Assembly (NCBI GenBank): GCA_951812955.1
Contig: OX638340.1
Location: 1,344,001 to 1,408,000, forward strand
Direction: 5' to 3'
Source of the DNA: an uncultured Gemmatimonadota bacterium
GTDB taxonomy: Bacteria > JAAXHH01
DNA length: 64,000 nucleotides
Below are positions 52,604 to 62,414 of the stretch, piece by piece. Every line of letters begins with the position of its first letter. Positions within the stretch are counted from its first letter, which is position 1. The position numbers were made by a program, and so were the translations under genes. Below the pieces are notes generated by a model, which saw nothing but the letters and a program-made list of their open reading frames with translations, was not told the DNA's origin and did no database searches.

Positions 52604-53547
52604 GGTGAGTTGCCGCTCTTGGATTCGCCCTGCGAGGACTCGTCCGTGGCAGCCGGGCCGGGCCGGGCATTCCCGTAATCCACGGGCGGACCAGGCGGAC
52701 CAGGCGAGTCAGAGGGACCAGGCGGACCAGGCGAGTCAGAGGGACCAGGCGGACCAGGCGGACCGGAAAGCGCCTCGTATTCGGTTCTCAATTCCACAAG
52801 ACGCTTACCGGCCTCCGCCGACAGTTCGTTTGTCGGATAACTCTGGATGAAGATTTCGAACTGTTCGATGGCTTCGCTGTATTTCTCTTCCCTCGCATAG
52901 CTTTCAGCGATTTCGTATTGCGCCCGAGAGGCCCAGTTGCTCATGGGATACGTTTCCAGCAGTTCACCAAAGTAGAGACGGGCCGCTTCCCAGTCTTTCA
53001 TCTTGTAGTAGAGGTTGCCAATCCGATAATCCTTCTCGGCCACCTTGTCGAAACACTCCTGAAGCAATTCGTGGACCTGCATGGTCCATTCGCTATCGGG
53101 ATACACATCGAGAAAGTACTGGAGCTCGCGGATGGCTTCGAAGGTCTTGTCCTGCGTGAGATGGGGCGGATTGGACTGCAGAAACGTGGCATAGGCCAAC
53201 TGGTACTGGCTTTCATCGCTGTAAGGGCTTTGGGGGAAATCACTGATCAATCGGCGGAACACGAGTACAGCGAGCGGGTATTCCTTCAGCTCGATGTGCA
53301 TCTGGCCCTGGTGGTACAGGGCATCGTCCACGATGTCGTTGCCGGAATGACTGAGGGTGATGGCCCGGAATGCGTCCATGGCATCCAGCCAGTCTTCCTG
53401 TTCCAATCGCTCCATCCCGTAATCGTATAGTTCCTCCGCCGTCCAGTCCGGATCGAAATCGGGCGGGCTGCACGACGGAAGCACGAAAAGGGCGAGGAAG
53501 ATCCCCGTAATCGGGATCCTGTAGCGTGGAAGGCGAGGAATGATCAT
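52600..53547 (-). CDS. bamD: outer membrane protein assembly factor BamD-like TPR lipoprotein with collagen-like C-terminal repeat
   Basis: Lipobox LPSCS, TPR repeats with a BamD/YfiO-like pattern (LISDFPQSPYSDESQYQLAY). C-terminus PGPPGPSDSPGPPGPSDSPGPPGPP encoded by a 27-bp tandem repeat (~52678-52760). Confidence 0.6.
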   Translation of the reverse strand: MIIPRLPRYRIPITGIFLALFVLPSCSPPDFDPDWTAEELYDYGMERLEQEDWLDAMDAFRAITLSHSGNDIVDDALYHQGQMHIELKEYPLAVLVFRRLISDFPQSPYSDESQYQLAYATFLQSNPPHLTQDKTFEAIRELQYFLDVYPDSEWTMQVHELLQECFDKVAEKDYRIGNLYYKMKDWEAARLYFGELLETYPMSNWASRAQYEIAESYAREEKYSEAIEQFEIFIQSYPTNELSAEAGKRLVELRTEYEALSGPPGPPGPSDSPGPPGPSDSPGPPGPPVDYGNARPGPAATDESSQGESKSGNSP

Positions 53548-54962
53548 GCCGGTGTTCCGAATAGCGCGGGAAACGTCTGCCGGTCCTGGCCGCCGGGCTG
53601 GGGAACTCCCGACGAAACCACGCCGACCAGGTCGTATTCCATGGCATCTGTGATGTCCACGGACACAATGTCTCCGGGCACCAGGTCGCCGCCGGAGACC
53701 AGCACCTCGTTGTCGACCTCCGGCGCATCCGCGGCGGTTCGCCCGGTGTAATTCCCTTCATCCGCCTCTTCGTCGATCAGTACGTCGATCGTCTTCCCCA
53801 CGAAGGCCTGGTTGCGGTCGAGGGAAATCTCGCGCTGGAGCGCCATGAGCCGGTTGTACCGCTCCTGCTTGACGGTATCGGGAACCTGCCCGTCGTACCT
53901 GGCTGCCGGCGTATGCTCTTCCCTCGAATACATGAAGACGCCCATGCGGTCGAATCGCGTTTCTTCCACGAAGTCGTAAAGCGATTCAAAGTCCGCATCG
54001 GTCTCTCCCGGAAAGCCCACAATGAAGGTGGTTCGCAGCGTCGCCTCCGGAATCCGGGCGCGGATCCGTTTCAGTAGCGCGCGTGTATCCTTCGAGGTCG
54101 TCTCGCGGTTCATGCACTCGAGCATGGGATCCGAAATGTGTTGCAGCGGCATATCGATGTAGTTGCAGACCTGTTCCAGGTCGGCGAAGGCGTCGATCAA
54201 CGTGTCGGTGAAACGCACGGGATGGTTGTACAGCGCGCGGATCCAGCGGACGCCCTCCACGGTGTTCAGCGCGGCAAGCAGGTCTTCCAGCCTGGCCGGT
54301 TCCGCCAGGTCCTTGCCGTACCAGGTGGTGTCCTGCGAGATCAGGTTCAATTCGACGGCGCCCTGGTCCGCAAGCGTCCGGGCCTCTTCCACCAGGGAGT
54401 CCACGGTGCGGCTACGCTGGCTGCCCCGTATGGCCGGGATGATGCAGAACGTGCATCTGCGGTCGCACCCCTCGGCGATCTTGAGGTATACCGAATGGCG
54501 GGGCGTGGTGATGACCCTGGGATAGGAAAAGTCGGTGGGCAGCGGCTGCCTGCGTATTTCCCGCAAGGTCTCGTGCCGGTCATTCAGGCGGTCCAGCAGT
54601 TGGACGATGTGCGGATATTGATGCACGCCGATGACGGCATCCACTTCGGGCATCCCGGCGACCACGTCGTGGGCGTACCGCTGCGCCATGCAACCCGTGA
54701 CTACGAGGGACGTGCACTGGCCGTCTTCCTTGAACCGCGCGAGGTCCAGTATGGTTTCGATGGACTCTTCCTTGGCGGGACCGATAAACGCGCAGGTGTT
54801 CACGACAATGACGTCCGCGTCCCCGTGGTCGTTCACCACGGTGTAGCCGGCCCGGGTGAGTTGGCCCAGCATGACTTCGGAATCCACCAGGTTCTTCGAG
54901 CAGCCCAGGCTGGCGAGACTGATATTGGGCAAGTCCTTACTCCATTTTCTAGCCGGCGTCAT
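53544..54962 (-). CDS. rimO: ribosomal protein S12 methylthiotransferase
   Basis: ISLASLGCSKNLVDSEVMLG N-terminus is the RimO signature. Radical-SAM CxxxCxxC (CDRRCTFC). TRAM domain at the C-terminus. Confidence 0.8.
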   Translation of the reverse strand: MTPARKWSKDLPNISLASLGCSKNLVDSEVMLGQLTRAGYTVVNDHGDADVIVVNTCAFIGPAKEESIETILDLARFKEDGQCTSLVVTGCMAQRYAHDVVAGMPEVDAVIGVHQYPHIVQLLDRLNDRHETLREIRRQPLPTDFSYPRVITTPRHSVYLKIAEGCDRRCTFCIIPAIRGSQRSRTVDSLVEEARTLADQGAVELNLISQDTTWYGKDLAEPARLEDLLAALNTVEGVRWIRALYNHPVRFTDTLIDAFADLEQVCNYIDMPLQHISDPMLECMNRETTSKDTRALLKRIRARIPEATLRTTFIVGFPGETDADFESLYDFVEETRFDRMGVFMYSREEHTPAARYDGQVPDTVKQERYNRLMALQREISLDRNQAFVGKTIDVLIDEEADEGNYTGRTAADAPEVDNEVLVSGGDLVPGDIVSVDITDAMEYDLVGVVSSGVPQPGGQDRQTFPALFGTPA

Positions 54963-55622
54963 TCAACGCAGGTCGACCCATTCGACGTCGTCGGGCGTCG
55001 TCATCCTGAACAGCCCGGGATCGAGCTTCGCGTTCAGCCGGTAATCCTTGAAACGCAGGGTGGTTTCGGATCCCATATCGTCAGCGTACTTCACTTTATT
55101 GGTAAGCCAGGTTTCCGCGTCCACCCATATGCGCAACTCGGGAATGGCTTCGGCCGAAGCGACGGCGGTAAGCCTGAGCAGGAAGCTTGGCGTGCCATCG
55201 ACCTGTTCCCTGCCTTCCAGCTCATACCGGTAACGGTTCGAGTAATTGAAAATAAAATCGTCTGGCCGGCCTTGCCGCGCGCCCGAAGCGTCTTCCCGCG
55301 CCGGCGACACGATCACCTGCCGGTTGCCGGGCACGTAGGTCCATAGAGACTCACCGTCGGATACAATGGTCTGACCGGCTTCTTCCAGGCGCAGGCGGTT
55401 CTCGTCTCTCTCCAGATAAAGTCTGCCCTCGGTTTCGTTTCGCTGGTCGAGCACAGCCGCATACGTCGAGACGGAATACCGGACCTCCAGGGACCTGACG
55501 CCGTCGAGATGCTGACGCATCTTGCCCGTGACTGTTTCGGTCGTATGAAGCGCATCTTGCGGTCCGTATCCCAGAAACGCCACCAGGCCGGTCAACACGC
55601 AGAAACTGAAATGCGCGGTCAA
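54963..55622 (-). CDS. LolA-like outer-membrane lipoprotein carrier family protein
   Basis: Signal peptide, then DGESLWTYVPGNRQVIV resembling the LolA core (DGKTLWIYDP..QVTI). About 219 aa. Confidence 0.5.
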   Translation of the reverse strand: MTAHFSFCVLTGLVAFLGYGPQDALHTTETVTGKMRQHLDGVRSLEVRYSVSTYAAVLDQRNETEGRLYLERDENRLRLEEAGQTIVSDGESLWTYVPGNRQVIVSPAREDASGARQGRPDDFIFNYSNRYRYELEGREQVDGTPSFLLRLTAVASAEAIPELRIWVDAETWLTNKVKYADDMGSETTLRFKDYRLNAKLDPGLFRMTTPDDVEWVDLR

Positions 55623-55833
55623 GTCTCCTCCCCTTGCGGATCACCCATGCGTACCACCGCGGTCGCAAGCCCCGAAATATGCACCGAAAATGGGCCTGCG
55701 TCAAGTTTTACCACCGGTAACGGGGCTGTGTACATCTGCTGAAATAGCTGCACTGATATAAAGAACGGGGAAAGCCCCCTTGGGTTCCCTCCCCGCTCCC
55801 TGCGCTGCTGGTTTTCCTTCGAGCAACCTTCCT

Positions 55834-57540
55834 TTACGGCATCGCGGCCCGCCCTCTTTCGTACCGCACTTTCCCGTCCACGATGGTATACAGGATTTCC
55901 GTATCCAGGATCTGGTTCTCGGGCACGGTCATGATGTCTTTGGACAGCACGGTGAAATCGGCGAGTTTGCCCGGCTCTATGGATCCGAGCAGGTCTTCGT
56001 GAAAGGAGCCGAACGCGGCGTCCAGGGTATAGGATCTCAGGGCTTCGTGGCGCGACATGCGCTGGTCGCCGAACATCCCGCCTTCGGGCGTCCCGTCCGG
56101 GCGCTCACGGGTCACGCTGGCGTAGAAGGACGCGATGGGGCTGATGTCTTCGACCGGCGCGTCGGTCCCGTTGATGATCTTCACGCCTTCCTTGAGCAGC
56201 TTCTGCCAGACATAGCCGCCTTCCTCCGTGCGGGCGTGGCCGAGACGATCCGGCGCCCAGGGTAGATCCGAGGTCGCGTGGATCCCCTGCATCGACGCGA
56301 TCACGCCCAGCCTGGCGAACCGGGGGATATCGGCCTCGTCCAGGATCTGGGTGTGCTCGTCGCGGAACCTGTGGTCCTTCACGTGGGGGAATTCCTTCAT
56401 CGCCTTCTCGTACATGTCGAGCATCATGCGGTTGCCGCGGTCACCGATGGCGTGGGTGCAGACTTGCCAGCCGTGCTCCAGGCCGTACCGCGCGGCCTCG
56501 TAGATCGAGTCGGGCGGCGTGGTATAAAATCCCGAATTGCCCGGGTCGTCATGGTAAGGTTCCAGCAGCCATGCGCCGCGAGACCCGAGCGCCCCGTCGC
56601 CGTACATCTTGACGGCGCGGACGCTCAGGAACCCATCGGCGTGTGACCATGGTTTTTGAAGGGCGCGCATGGTATGCAGATTCGAGGCCATCACGTAGAC
56701 CCGCATGTCCAGCTTGCCCTGGTCCGCGTATTCCTTGTACAGTTCAATGCCGTCCAGGCCGACCCCGGCGTCGTCGAACATGGTGATGCCGTTGGCCAGG
56801 CATTCCTGGATGCCGAGTTCAAGAGCCTGCCGCCGCTGGTTGTCGGTAAACGAAGGGACGTTGACCAGGCCCATGGCTTTGTCCACCAGTATGCCCGTGG
56901 GGTTGCCGTCGGCATCCTTGATGACGTCTCCGCCTTCCGGAGACTGCGTGTCCCGGTCGATCCCCATCAATTCCATGGTCCGGGCGTTGGCGAATGCGGC
57001 ATGGCCATCGGCCCTGCGCAGAAAGACCGGAATATCGGGCACGGCCTCGCTCAACCTGTGATGGGTCATGAACCCGCGGACCGTGAGCGAACTGCGGTCC
57101 GACCACTTCTCCTCGTGCCACCCCCGGCCGGTGATCCACTCCCCTTCCTCGATGCCCTCGGCCGCCGCCAGCACCCGTTCGATGAGTTCGTCGTAACCCG
57201 AAATACCGACCAGGTCGACCGTCATTTTCGCGACCCCTATGCCCATGAGGTGGCCATGGCTTTCCTTCAACCCGGGTACCATGGCCTGGCCTTCGAGATC
57301 GATCACCCGGGTATCGGGTCCGATGAACGGCTCCACGTCTTCATTGACCCCCACTACGGCGATCCGGTTTCCTATGACCGCCACGGCCTGCGCCTTGGGC
57401 CGGCTGCCGTCCATCGTGTATACCGTGCCGTTGATGAGCGCCAGGTCCGCCGATGACTTGCGCACCTGGGCCTCACCGCCGGCAAACCAAACCATTGTCA
57501 TGATTCCCGCAATGATCACCGCGAATACTGACTTCCGCAT
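55834..57540 (-). CDS. amidohydrolase-3 family protein
   Basis: Signal peptide. INGTVYTMDG...AVAVIGNRIAVVG N-terminal pattern and metal-binding His pairs typical of Amidohydro_3. Confidence 0.7.
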   Translation of the reverse strand: MRKSVFAVIIAGIMTMVWFAGGEAQVRKSSADLALINGTVYTMDGSRPKAQAVAVIGNRIAVVGVNEDVEPFIGPDTRVIDLEGQAMVPGLKESHGHLMGIGVAKMTVDLVGISGYDELIERVLAAAEGIEEGEWITGRGWHEEKWSDRSSLTVRGFMTHHRLSEAVPDIPVFLRRADGHAAFANARTMELMGIDRDTQSPEGGDVIKDADGNPTGILVDKAMGLVNVPSFTDNQRRQALELGIQECLANGITMFDDAGVGLDGIELYKEYADQGKLDMRVYVMASNLHTMRALQKPWSHADGFLSVRAVKMYGDGALGSRGAWLLEPYHDDPGNSGFYTTPPDSIYEAARYGLEHGWQVCTHAIGDRGNRMMLDMYEKAMKEFPHVKDHRFRDEHTQILDEADIPRFARLGVIASMQGIHATSDLPWAPDRLGHARTEEGGYVWQKLLKEGVKIINGTDAPVEDISPIASFYASVTRERPDGTPEGGMFGDQRMSRHEALRSYTLDAAFGSFHEDLLGSIEPGKLADFTVLSKDIMTVPENQILDTEILYTIVDGKVRYERGRAAMP

Positions 57541-57613
57541 GTACCCCTCCTGGTTTTATACTCGTACATCGCGACCGGATCTCCGGGACAGTCCGCCCCG
57601 TGACCGGCGCGGG

Positions 57614-58030
57614 CTAAATCTCATCCGCCACGCGTCGGCGGGCCACTTCCTCGTTAATGTAGGCGATGATGTCCCGCGTCGACGTACCTGGGCCGAACAG
57701 TTTGCCCACGCCCAGCTTCGCGAGTTCATCCCCATCGGATTTCGGGATGATTCCTCCGCCGGTGAGGAGCATGTGGTCGACGCCTCTTTCCCGCAGCAGG
57801 TCCATTACGCGGGGGAAGATAGTCATGTGGGCGCCCGAAAGGATGCTCAGAGCGACCACGTCCACGTCTTCCTGTACGGCCGCTTCCGCGATCATTTCCG
57901 GCGTCTGGCGCAGCCCGGTGTAGATCACTTCCATACCGGCATCGCGCAAGGCGCCGGCCACCACCTTGGCGCCCCGATCATGTCCGTCGAGACCCGGTTT
58001 GGCTACGAGAACACGTATGTTGTCTGTCAT
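57614..58030 (-). CDS. cobalamin (B12)-binding domain protein (methylmalonyl-CoA mutase small subunit-like)
   Basis: [21 protein letters not shown]...DVDVVALS is the DxHxxG B12-binding motif. 138 aa. Confidence 0.8.
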   Translation of the reverse strand: MTDNIRVLVAKPGLDGHDRGAKVVAGALRDAGMEVIYTGLRQTPEMIAEAAVQEDVDVVALSILSGAHMTIFPRVMDLLRERGVDHMLLTGGGIIPKSDGDELAKLGVGKLFGPGTSTRDIIAYINEEVARRRVADEI

Positions 58031-58124
58031 GATCGACCTTGCTCTCTCAATCAGCGCAGCCGAAGCCGCGGCGGCGGGACAGGCACCAGCCGCGAGGGCG
58101 GAACCGCCGCTTCAGACCGTCGCG

Positions 58125-59063
58125 TCAGACCGAAAGTTCGTCCATCAACTCGCCGGCGGCCGCAAGGGGATGGATCTCCCTGCGGGCGACGCGTTCGGAC
58201 AGGCGGTCCATGGTGCAGTCGGCGTCCCGGAGTTTCGTCAGCCTGCCGCGCCACATTTCACCGAGCGCTTTTTCGATCGCCGAACGGCCCTGGCGCATCC
58301 GGCGCCTCCGCAGCCTTCCTTCTCCGGCGAGGTAGTCTCCGTGCGCGTCGAGTTTTTCGTATAGTCCGTCCATACCGGTGTTATCACGCGCGCTGACACT
58401 GAGGACGGGCGGTTTCCAGCCTTCCTCCCACCGTCCCAGGTCCACGATCGTCCTCAGTTCCGCGGCGAACCGGTCAGCGCCTTCCCGGTCGGCCTTATTG
58501 ACGACCAGGACGTCGGCGATCTCCATCAGACCGGCCTTCATGGCCTGTATGCTGTCGCCCGACTCCGGCGTGAGCAGGACAACGGTGGTATCGCTGACGT
58601 CGGAAACGTCGAGCGTGGACTGGCCTACGCCCACGGTCTCCACAATGATAACATCTTTACCGAAGGCGTCAAGAGCCGTCATCGCGTGGGGAGTCGCCTC
58701 CGACAGTCCGCCGGTATGGCTTCGGTCGGCCAGGCTGCGCAGGAAGACCTGCGGGTCGTCCCAGGATCCCTGCATGCGTAGCCGGTCACCGAGTAAAGCT
58801 CCTCCGGTAAAGGGGCTGGTCGGATCCACCGCGATGATGCCTACCGTGCGTCCGCTGATTCTCAACTGTTTGGTGAGGCGGTCCGTGAGGGTACTCTTGC
58901 CTGAGCCGGGCGGCCCCGTAATACCGATGCGACGGGCATTTCCTGAACGGGGATACAGCCGGTCCAATATCGCGGATCTCCGGTTCCGGTCGTTTTCCAG
59001 CAGCGTAATCACGCGGGACAGGGCAATCCGGTCGCCGTCAAGAAAACGGTCGAGTAGTTTCAT
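58125..59063 (-). CDS. meaB: methylmalonyl-CoA mutase-associated GTPase MeaB/ArgK
   Basis: GITGPPGSGKSTL P-loop and ...VVNKADR G4 motif. True start at internal MKLLDRF (ATG 59063); the ORF track's upstream extension is Arg/Pro-rich non-coding. Confidence 0.8.
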   Translation of the reverse strand: MKLLDRFLDGDRIALSRVITLLENDRNRRSAILDRLYPRSGNARRIGITGPPGSGKSTLTDRLTKQLRISGRTVGIIAVDPTSPFTGGALLGDRLRMQGSWDDPQVFLRSLADRSHTGGLSEATPHAMTALDAFGKDVIIVETVGVGQSTLDVSDVSDTTVVLLTPESGDSIQAMKAGLMEIADVLVVNKADREGADRFAAELRTIVDLGRWEEGWKPPVLSVSARDNTGMDGLYEKLDAHGDYLAGEGRLRRRRMRQGRSAIEKALGEMWRGRLTKLRDADCTMDRLSERVARREIHPLAAAGELMDELSV

Positions 59064-59077
59064 AACGTGCTCGGAGG

Positions 59078-60739
59078 CTAAACCGTACCGGGTTTTATGT
59101 CTTTTATTCTCAATTGGAGGCTGGTCTCGCCCCGAAAGGTGTTTTCCTCGAGGTTGTAAGCCAGGTCCAGGCGGTCCCGGCTGTCGTTCAGTTGATCGGC
59201 GAAGTGCGCCATTCCGAAACCGATCGCATCCATGACGCGGCCATTCTGCTTTACCCGGAATCTCAGGTGATTTTTGCCCTTCCCAATGATCCTGGGTTTT
59301 CCGACGACGCTCAGGTCGCGCGACACGAGCACGGGGTGGTGGTTCGCCGGTCCAAAAGGCCCAAGCATTTTCATCAGCTGGACCATGCGCGGGGTCATCT
59401 CGTCGAGTTCGATTTCCGCGTCTATTTCGAGCCTGGGTATGAAATCGGCCGGTGTCGCGCGCGCCGCGACCACCTCGTGAAACTTCTGCGTGAACGCCTC
59501 GATGCGGCCCTTTTCGATGGAAAGGCCCGCCGCGTGGTGATGGCCGCCGAATTGAATGAGCAGGTCGGAGCATTCCTTGATGGCGTTATACAGGTGGAAA
59601 TCGCCCACGGTGCGCGCCGAGCCCCGTCCGTTCTCTCCCTTGGTCGAGATCATCACGACCGGGCGGTTGAAGGCTTCCACCATGCGGGAAGCGACAATGC
59701 CGATGATGCCGGGATGCCAGGAGTCCGAAGCGAGAACGAGACCCTTTGCCTCCCGGAGGAACGGGTCATTCTCGACGATTTCCCTGGCCGCTTCGAACGT
59801 GAGCTTATCCTCTTTGCGCCGTCTCTGGTTCTCCTCGTCCAATTCTTCGGCCAGTTGCGCCGCTTCCTGCTGGTCTTCCGTGATCAGCAGATCGACCACG
59901 CGTGTGGCGTCGCCCATACGGCCGGCGGCATTGATGCGGGGCGCGAGCATGAAGAGCATGTGTCCCGTCGACAGTTCCTTCTCCCTCAGGCCCGCCACTT
60001 CGAGCAGCGCCTGCAGACCCGACTTGTCCGTCTGCTGCATCATGTCCAGTCCGTACTTGGTCAGCACCCGGTTCTCGTCGCGCAGGGGGACGATATCCGC
60101 CGTCGTGCCCAGGGCCACGAGGTCCATGTGCGTGTACACCGCGTTCTCCGGCAGTCCCACGTGCTCGGCCAGCGCCTGCGCCACCTTGTACGCCAGTCCG
60201 ACGCCGCAAAGCTCCTTGAACGGGTATTCGCAGTCTGCCCGCTTCGGATTCAGAATGGCGACGCTGTTCGGCAGAATATCGCCCGGAACATGGTGATCGA
60301 TGATGACGACATCGATGCCCATTTCGCGGGCCTGGTCCACTTCCACATTGGCCGTTATCCCGCAGTCGACGGCAAGAATCAGCGTTACCCCGCGGCTTCT
60401 GGCTTCCTGCAGGCCTTCGATGGACAGTCCGTAACCATCGGTCATCCGGTTGGGTATGTAGGAGGAAATCCGTTCCGTCAGCAACTTGATCGTGAGGTAC
60501 AGCAACGTGGTAGCTGTAGTCCCGTCCACATCGTAGTCGCCGAAGACCATGATGTGTTCCTTGCTTTCGATGGCGGCGGCGATCCGTTCCACGGCCAGAT
60601 CCATGTCCGCCATGAGGAACGGACTGTGCAGATCGTCCAGCGTGGGCTTCAGGAAATACCTTGCGTCGTCGAAGGTCGAAACGCCCCTGTTGAGCAGAAT
60701 CTGCGCGATCACGCGCGGTACGTTGATCTGCTCCATCAT
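59078..60739 (-). CDS. recJ: single-stranded-DNA-specific exonuclease RecJ
   Basis: DHH motifs (VFGDYDVDGTTAT, IIDHH) and DHHA1 region. Start taken at MMEQINV (60739) because the 60871 start would overlap the 3' end of rnpB. Confidence 0.8.
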   Translation of the reverse strand: MMEQINVPRVIAQILLNRGVSTFDDARYFLKPTLDDLHSPFLMADMDLAVERIAAAIESKEHIMVFGDYDVDGTTATTLLYLTIKLLTERISSYIPNRMTDGYGLSIEGLQEARSRGVTLILAVDCGITANVEVDQAREMGIDVVIIDHHVPGDILPNSVAILNPKRADCEYPFKELCGVGLAYKVAQALAEHVGLPENAVYTHMDLVALGTTADIVPLRDENRVLTKYGLDMMQQTDKSGLQALLEVAGLREKELSTGHMLFMLAPRINAAGRMGDATRVVDLLITEDQQEAAQLAEELDEENQRRRKEDKLTFEAAREIVENDPFLREAKGLVLASDSWHPGIIGIVASRMVEAFNRPVVMISTKGENGRGSARTVGDFHLYNAIKECSDLLIQFGGHHHAAGLSIEKGRIEAFTQKFHEVVAARATPADFIPRLEIDAEIELDEMTPRMVQLMKMLGPFGPANHHPVLVSRDLSVVGKPRIIGKGKNHLRFRVKQNGRVMDAIGFGMAHFADQLNDSRDRLDLAYNLEENTFRGETSLQLRIKDIKPGTV

Positions 60740-60864
60740 CTGGGGAACCTGGGGATGTTCGTCGTGTAGGACCCAGCGGCTGTTCATGCAATCATTCGTA
60801 TGTTGAGGGTGATCGTGCGCAGAAGATGGAGGAAAGGCCGTGCAAAATCCAAGGTACCGTAAAA

Positions 60865-61237
60865 CGTCCAAGCCGACCGTAAGCCGAGTTCTGTACCTTC
60901 GCGGTGAAGGTGGCGATCATCTATCTGGGACGGCTGTCGCCAGCCGCCTCGTGCGACCTAACCCGAGAGTCTCCGGTTTCCCGGCGGTCGAGACGGGCCG
61001 TCTCTCCTCTCCTATTCGGTCTTGCACCGGATGGGGTTTGTCCTGCCGGACCGGTTACCCGGACCGCGGTGAGCTCTTACCTCGCCTTTTCACCTTTGCC
61101 TCCCCGAAGGGATCGGCCGTGTGTTTTCTGTGACACTTTCCGTGGCATCACTGCCCCCTGCCGTTAGCAGGCATCCCGCCCTGTGGTGCTCGGACTTTCC
61201 TCGTCCGCGCGATGGCGAACGCGATCGCCTGGACGAC
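60865..61237 (-). ncRNA. rnpB: RNase P RNA (bacterial type A)
   Basis: Minus-strand sequence contains GAGGAAAGTCCGAGC (P4 5' strand), GGTGAAAAGGCGAGGTAAGAGCTCACCGCGG, ACAGAACTCGGCTTACGGTC (P4 3' strand), all collinear with E. coli M1 RNA. Ends estimated from P1 pairing. Confidence 0.85.
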
Positions 61238-61311
61238 TTGTGACGTTTTACATCCGTTAATATACTACACTACTCGGCCAGGTTCAACCCCGTTGGTTAC
61301 GGAATCGCGCG

Positions 61312-61440
61312 TCGGGCTGCGCGCGTCGGCCGGACTGCGCGTTGTGGCCGGGCTGCGCGTTGCGGCCGGGTTGCGCGTTGCGGCCGGGTTGCGCGTTGCG
61401 GCCGGGTTGCGCGTTGCGGCCGGGTTGCGCGTTGCGGCCG
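61312..61440. repeat. 18-bp tandem repeat (GCGCGTTGCGGCCGGGTT) x ~7
   Basis: Near-perfect head-to-tail copies between the zinc-ribbon gene stop and rnpB. It generates the artefactual ORFs with PGCALR / NPAATR repeats. Confidence 0.85.
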
Positions 61441-61448
61441 GGCGGATC

Positions 61449-62165
61449 TCAGTGCTCCAGGCCTTCTTCCACGACCAGGATCCTGCCGCAGCTTTCACAG
61501 GACACCAGTCTCCGCCCCTGGCGGATCTGCAGCATGATTTGCAGTGGTATAATATGGAAACAGCCGGAGCAGGCCCCTTTCTTCACCGGTACGACGGTCA
61601 TCCCATGCAGGTTCCGCCGAATACGGTTGTATACCTTCAGGACCGGGTTCTCCACGCGCATGGCCATTCTCTTGCGCTCGTCCATTTTGACGGCGACGTC
61701 TTCGTCTACTGCCGAAAGCCTGGACTCGAGCGCCTTGCGCTCTTCGCTCAGGCGCTCGACGAGTGATTCGGTTTCACCGCGCATGGTCTCCAGCGCCTCT
61801 TGCTCGGACTCGGACTCGGAGATCAACTGCAGAATCGCGTCTTCGAGTTCGGAGATGAGGTTCTTCTGAGCCTGGATCTCGGTCTGAAGGGCGTCGTATT
61901 CCTTATTGGTTTTTACGCTGTAGAGCTGGCCCTGGTATTTTTGGACCCGTTCCTGCGCGATCTGCAGGTCCTGTTCGCGCTGACGCCTGTTTTTCTCGAT
62001 TTCCGCGACCTTCGTTACCTGGTCTGCGAGCCTGGTCTCCGCCTCGGACTGGACGGTTTCCATATCCTCCAGCTTATTGGGTATGTCTACCTTGTACTGT
62101 TCAAGGTCGTGCAGGCCCCGATCCGTTTCTTGTAATTCCAAAAGCGCTCTCAAGCTTTCCTGCAT
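61449..62165 (-). CDS. zinc-ribbon domain protein with N-terminal coiled coil (COG1579/DUF164-like)
   Basis: Long heptad-rich N-terminus and C-terminal C4 zinc ribbon (CSGC ... CESCGRIL). Confidence 0.6.
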   Translation of the reverse strand: MQESLRALLELQETDRGLHDLEQYKVDIPNKLEDMETVQSEAETRLADQVTKVAEIEKNRRQREQDLQIAQERVQKYQGQLYSVKTNKEYDALQTEIQAQKNLISELEDAILQLISESESEQEALETMRGETESLVERLSEERKALESRLSAVDEDVAVKMDERKRMAMRVENPVLKVYNRIRRNLHGMTVVPVKKGACSGCFHIIPLQIMLQIRQGRRLVSCESCGRILVVEEGLEH

Positions 62166-62209
62166 GCGACCAAAGCCCTCCCTGGAGATGAAAAGGCGGA
62201 CAAAAAAAA

Positions 62210-62234
62210 ATGCACGCTAATCGTGCATTTTTCT
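62210..62234. terminator. hairpin flanked by A- and T-tracts (terminator-like)
   Basis: AAAAAAAAA-ATGCACG-CTAAT-CGTGCAT-TTTTCT. 7-bp stem, 5-nt loop, U-tract on both sides. Confidence 0.3.
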
Positions 62235-62414
62235 TAGTCTCAATCTGGTTTTGCCGTGCCCCGGGTCCGAAGAGGCAACTGAAGTCGGACCTTCAAGACA
62301 ATCGGGCACATAGACATATCCATCCTTTTCCCAATACTACTTGATTTATTCGATCATAGGACATAAAGATACTGCCTGAGGCATGTTGTGTCAACCAAAA
62401 TCAGGGAGGTTATC

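Noticed and set aside
58125-59573. Long 482-aa version of the MeaB ORF with Arg/Pro-rich N-terminal 170 aa
   Set aside because: The MeaB homology starts at the internal MKLLDRF. The upstream part is low-complexity and overlaps recJ's 3' end, so a shorter gene (58125-59063) was called.
61342-61869. 175-aa + ORF beginning MWPGCALRPGCALRPG...
   Set aside because: N-terminus is just the 18-bp tandem repeat translated. The remainder is antisense to the zinc-ribbon gene.
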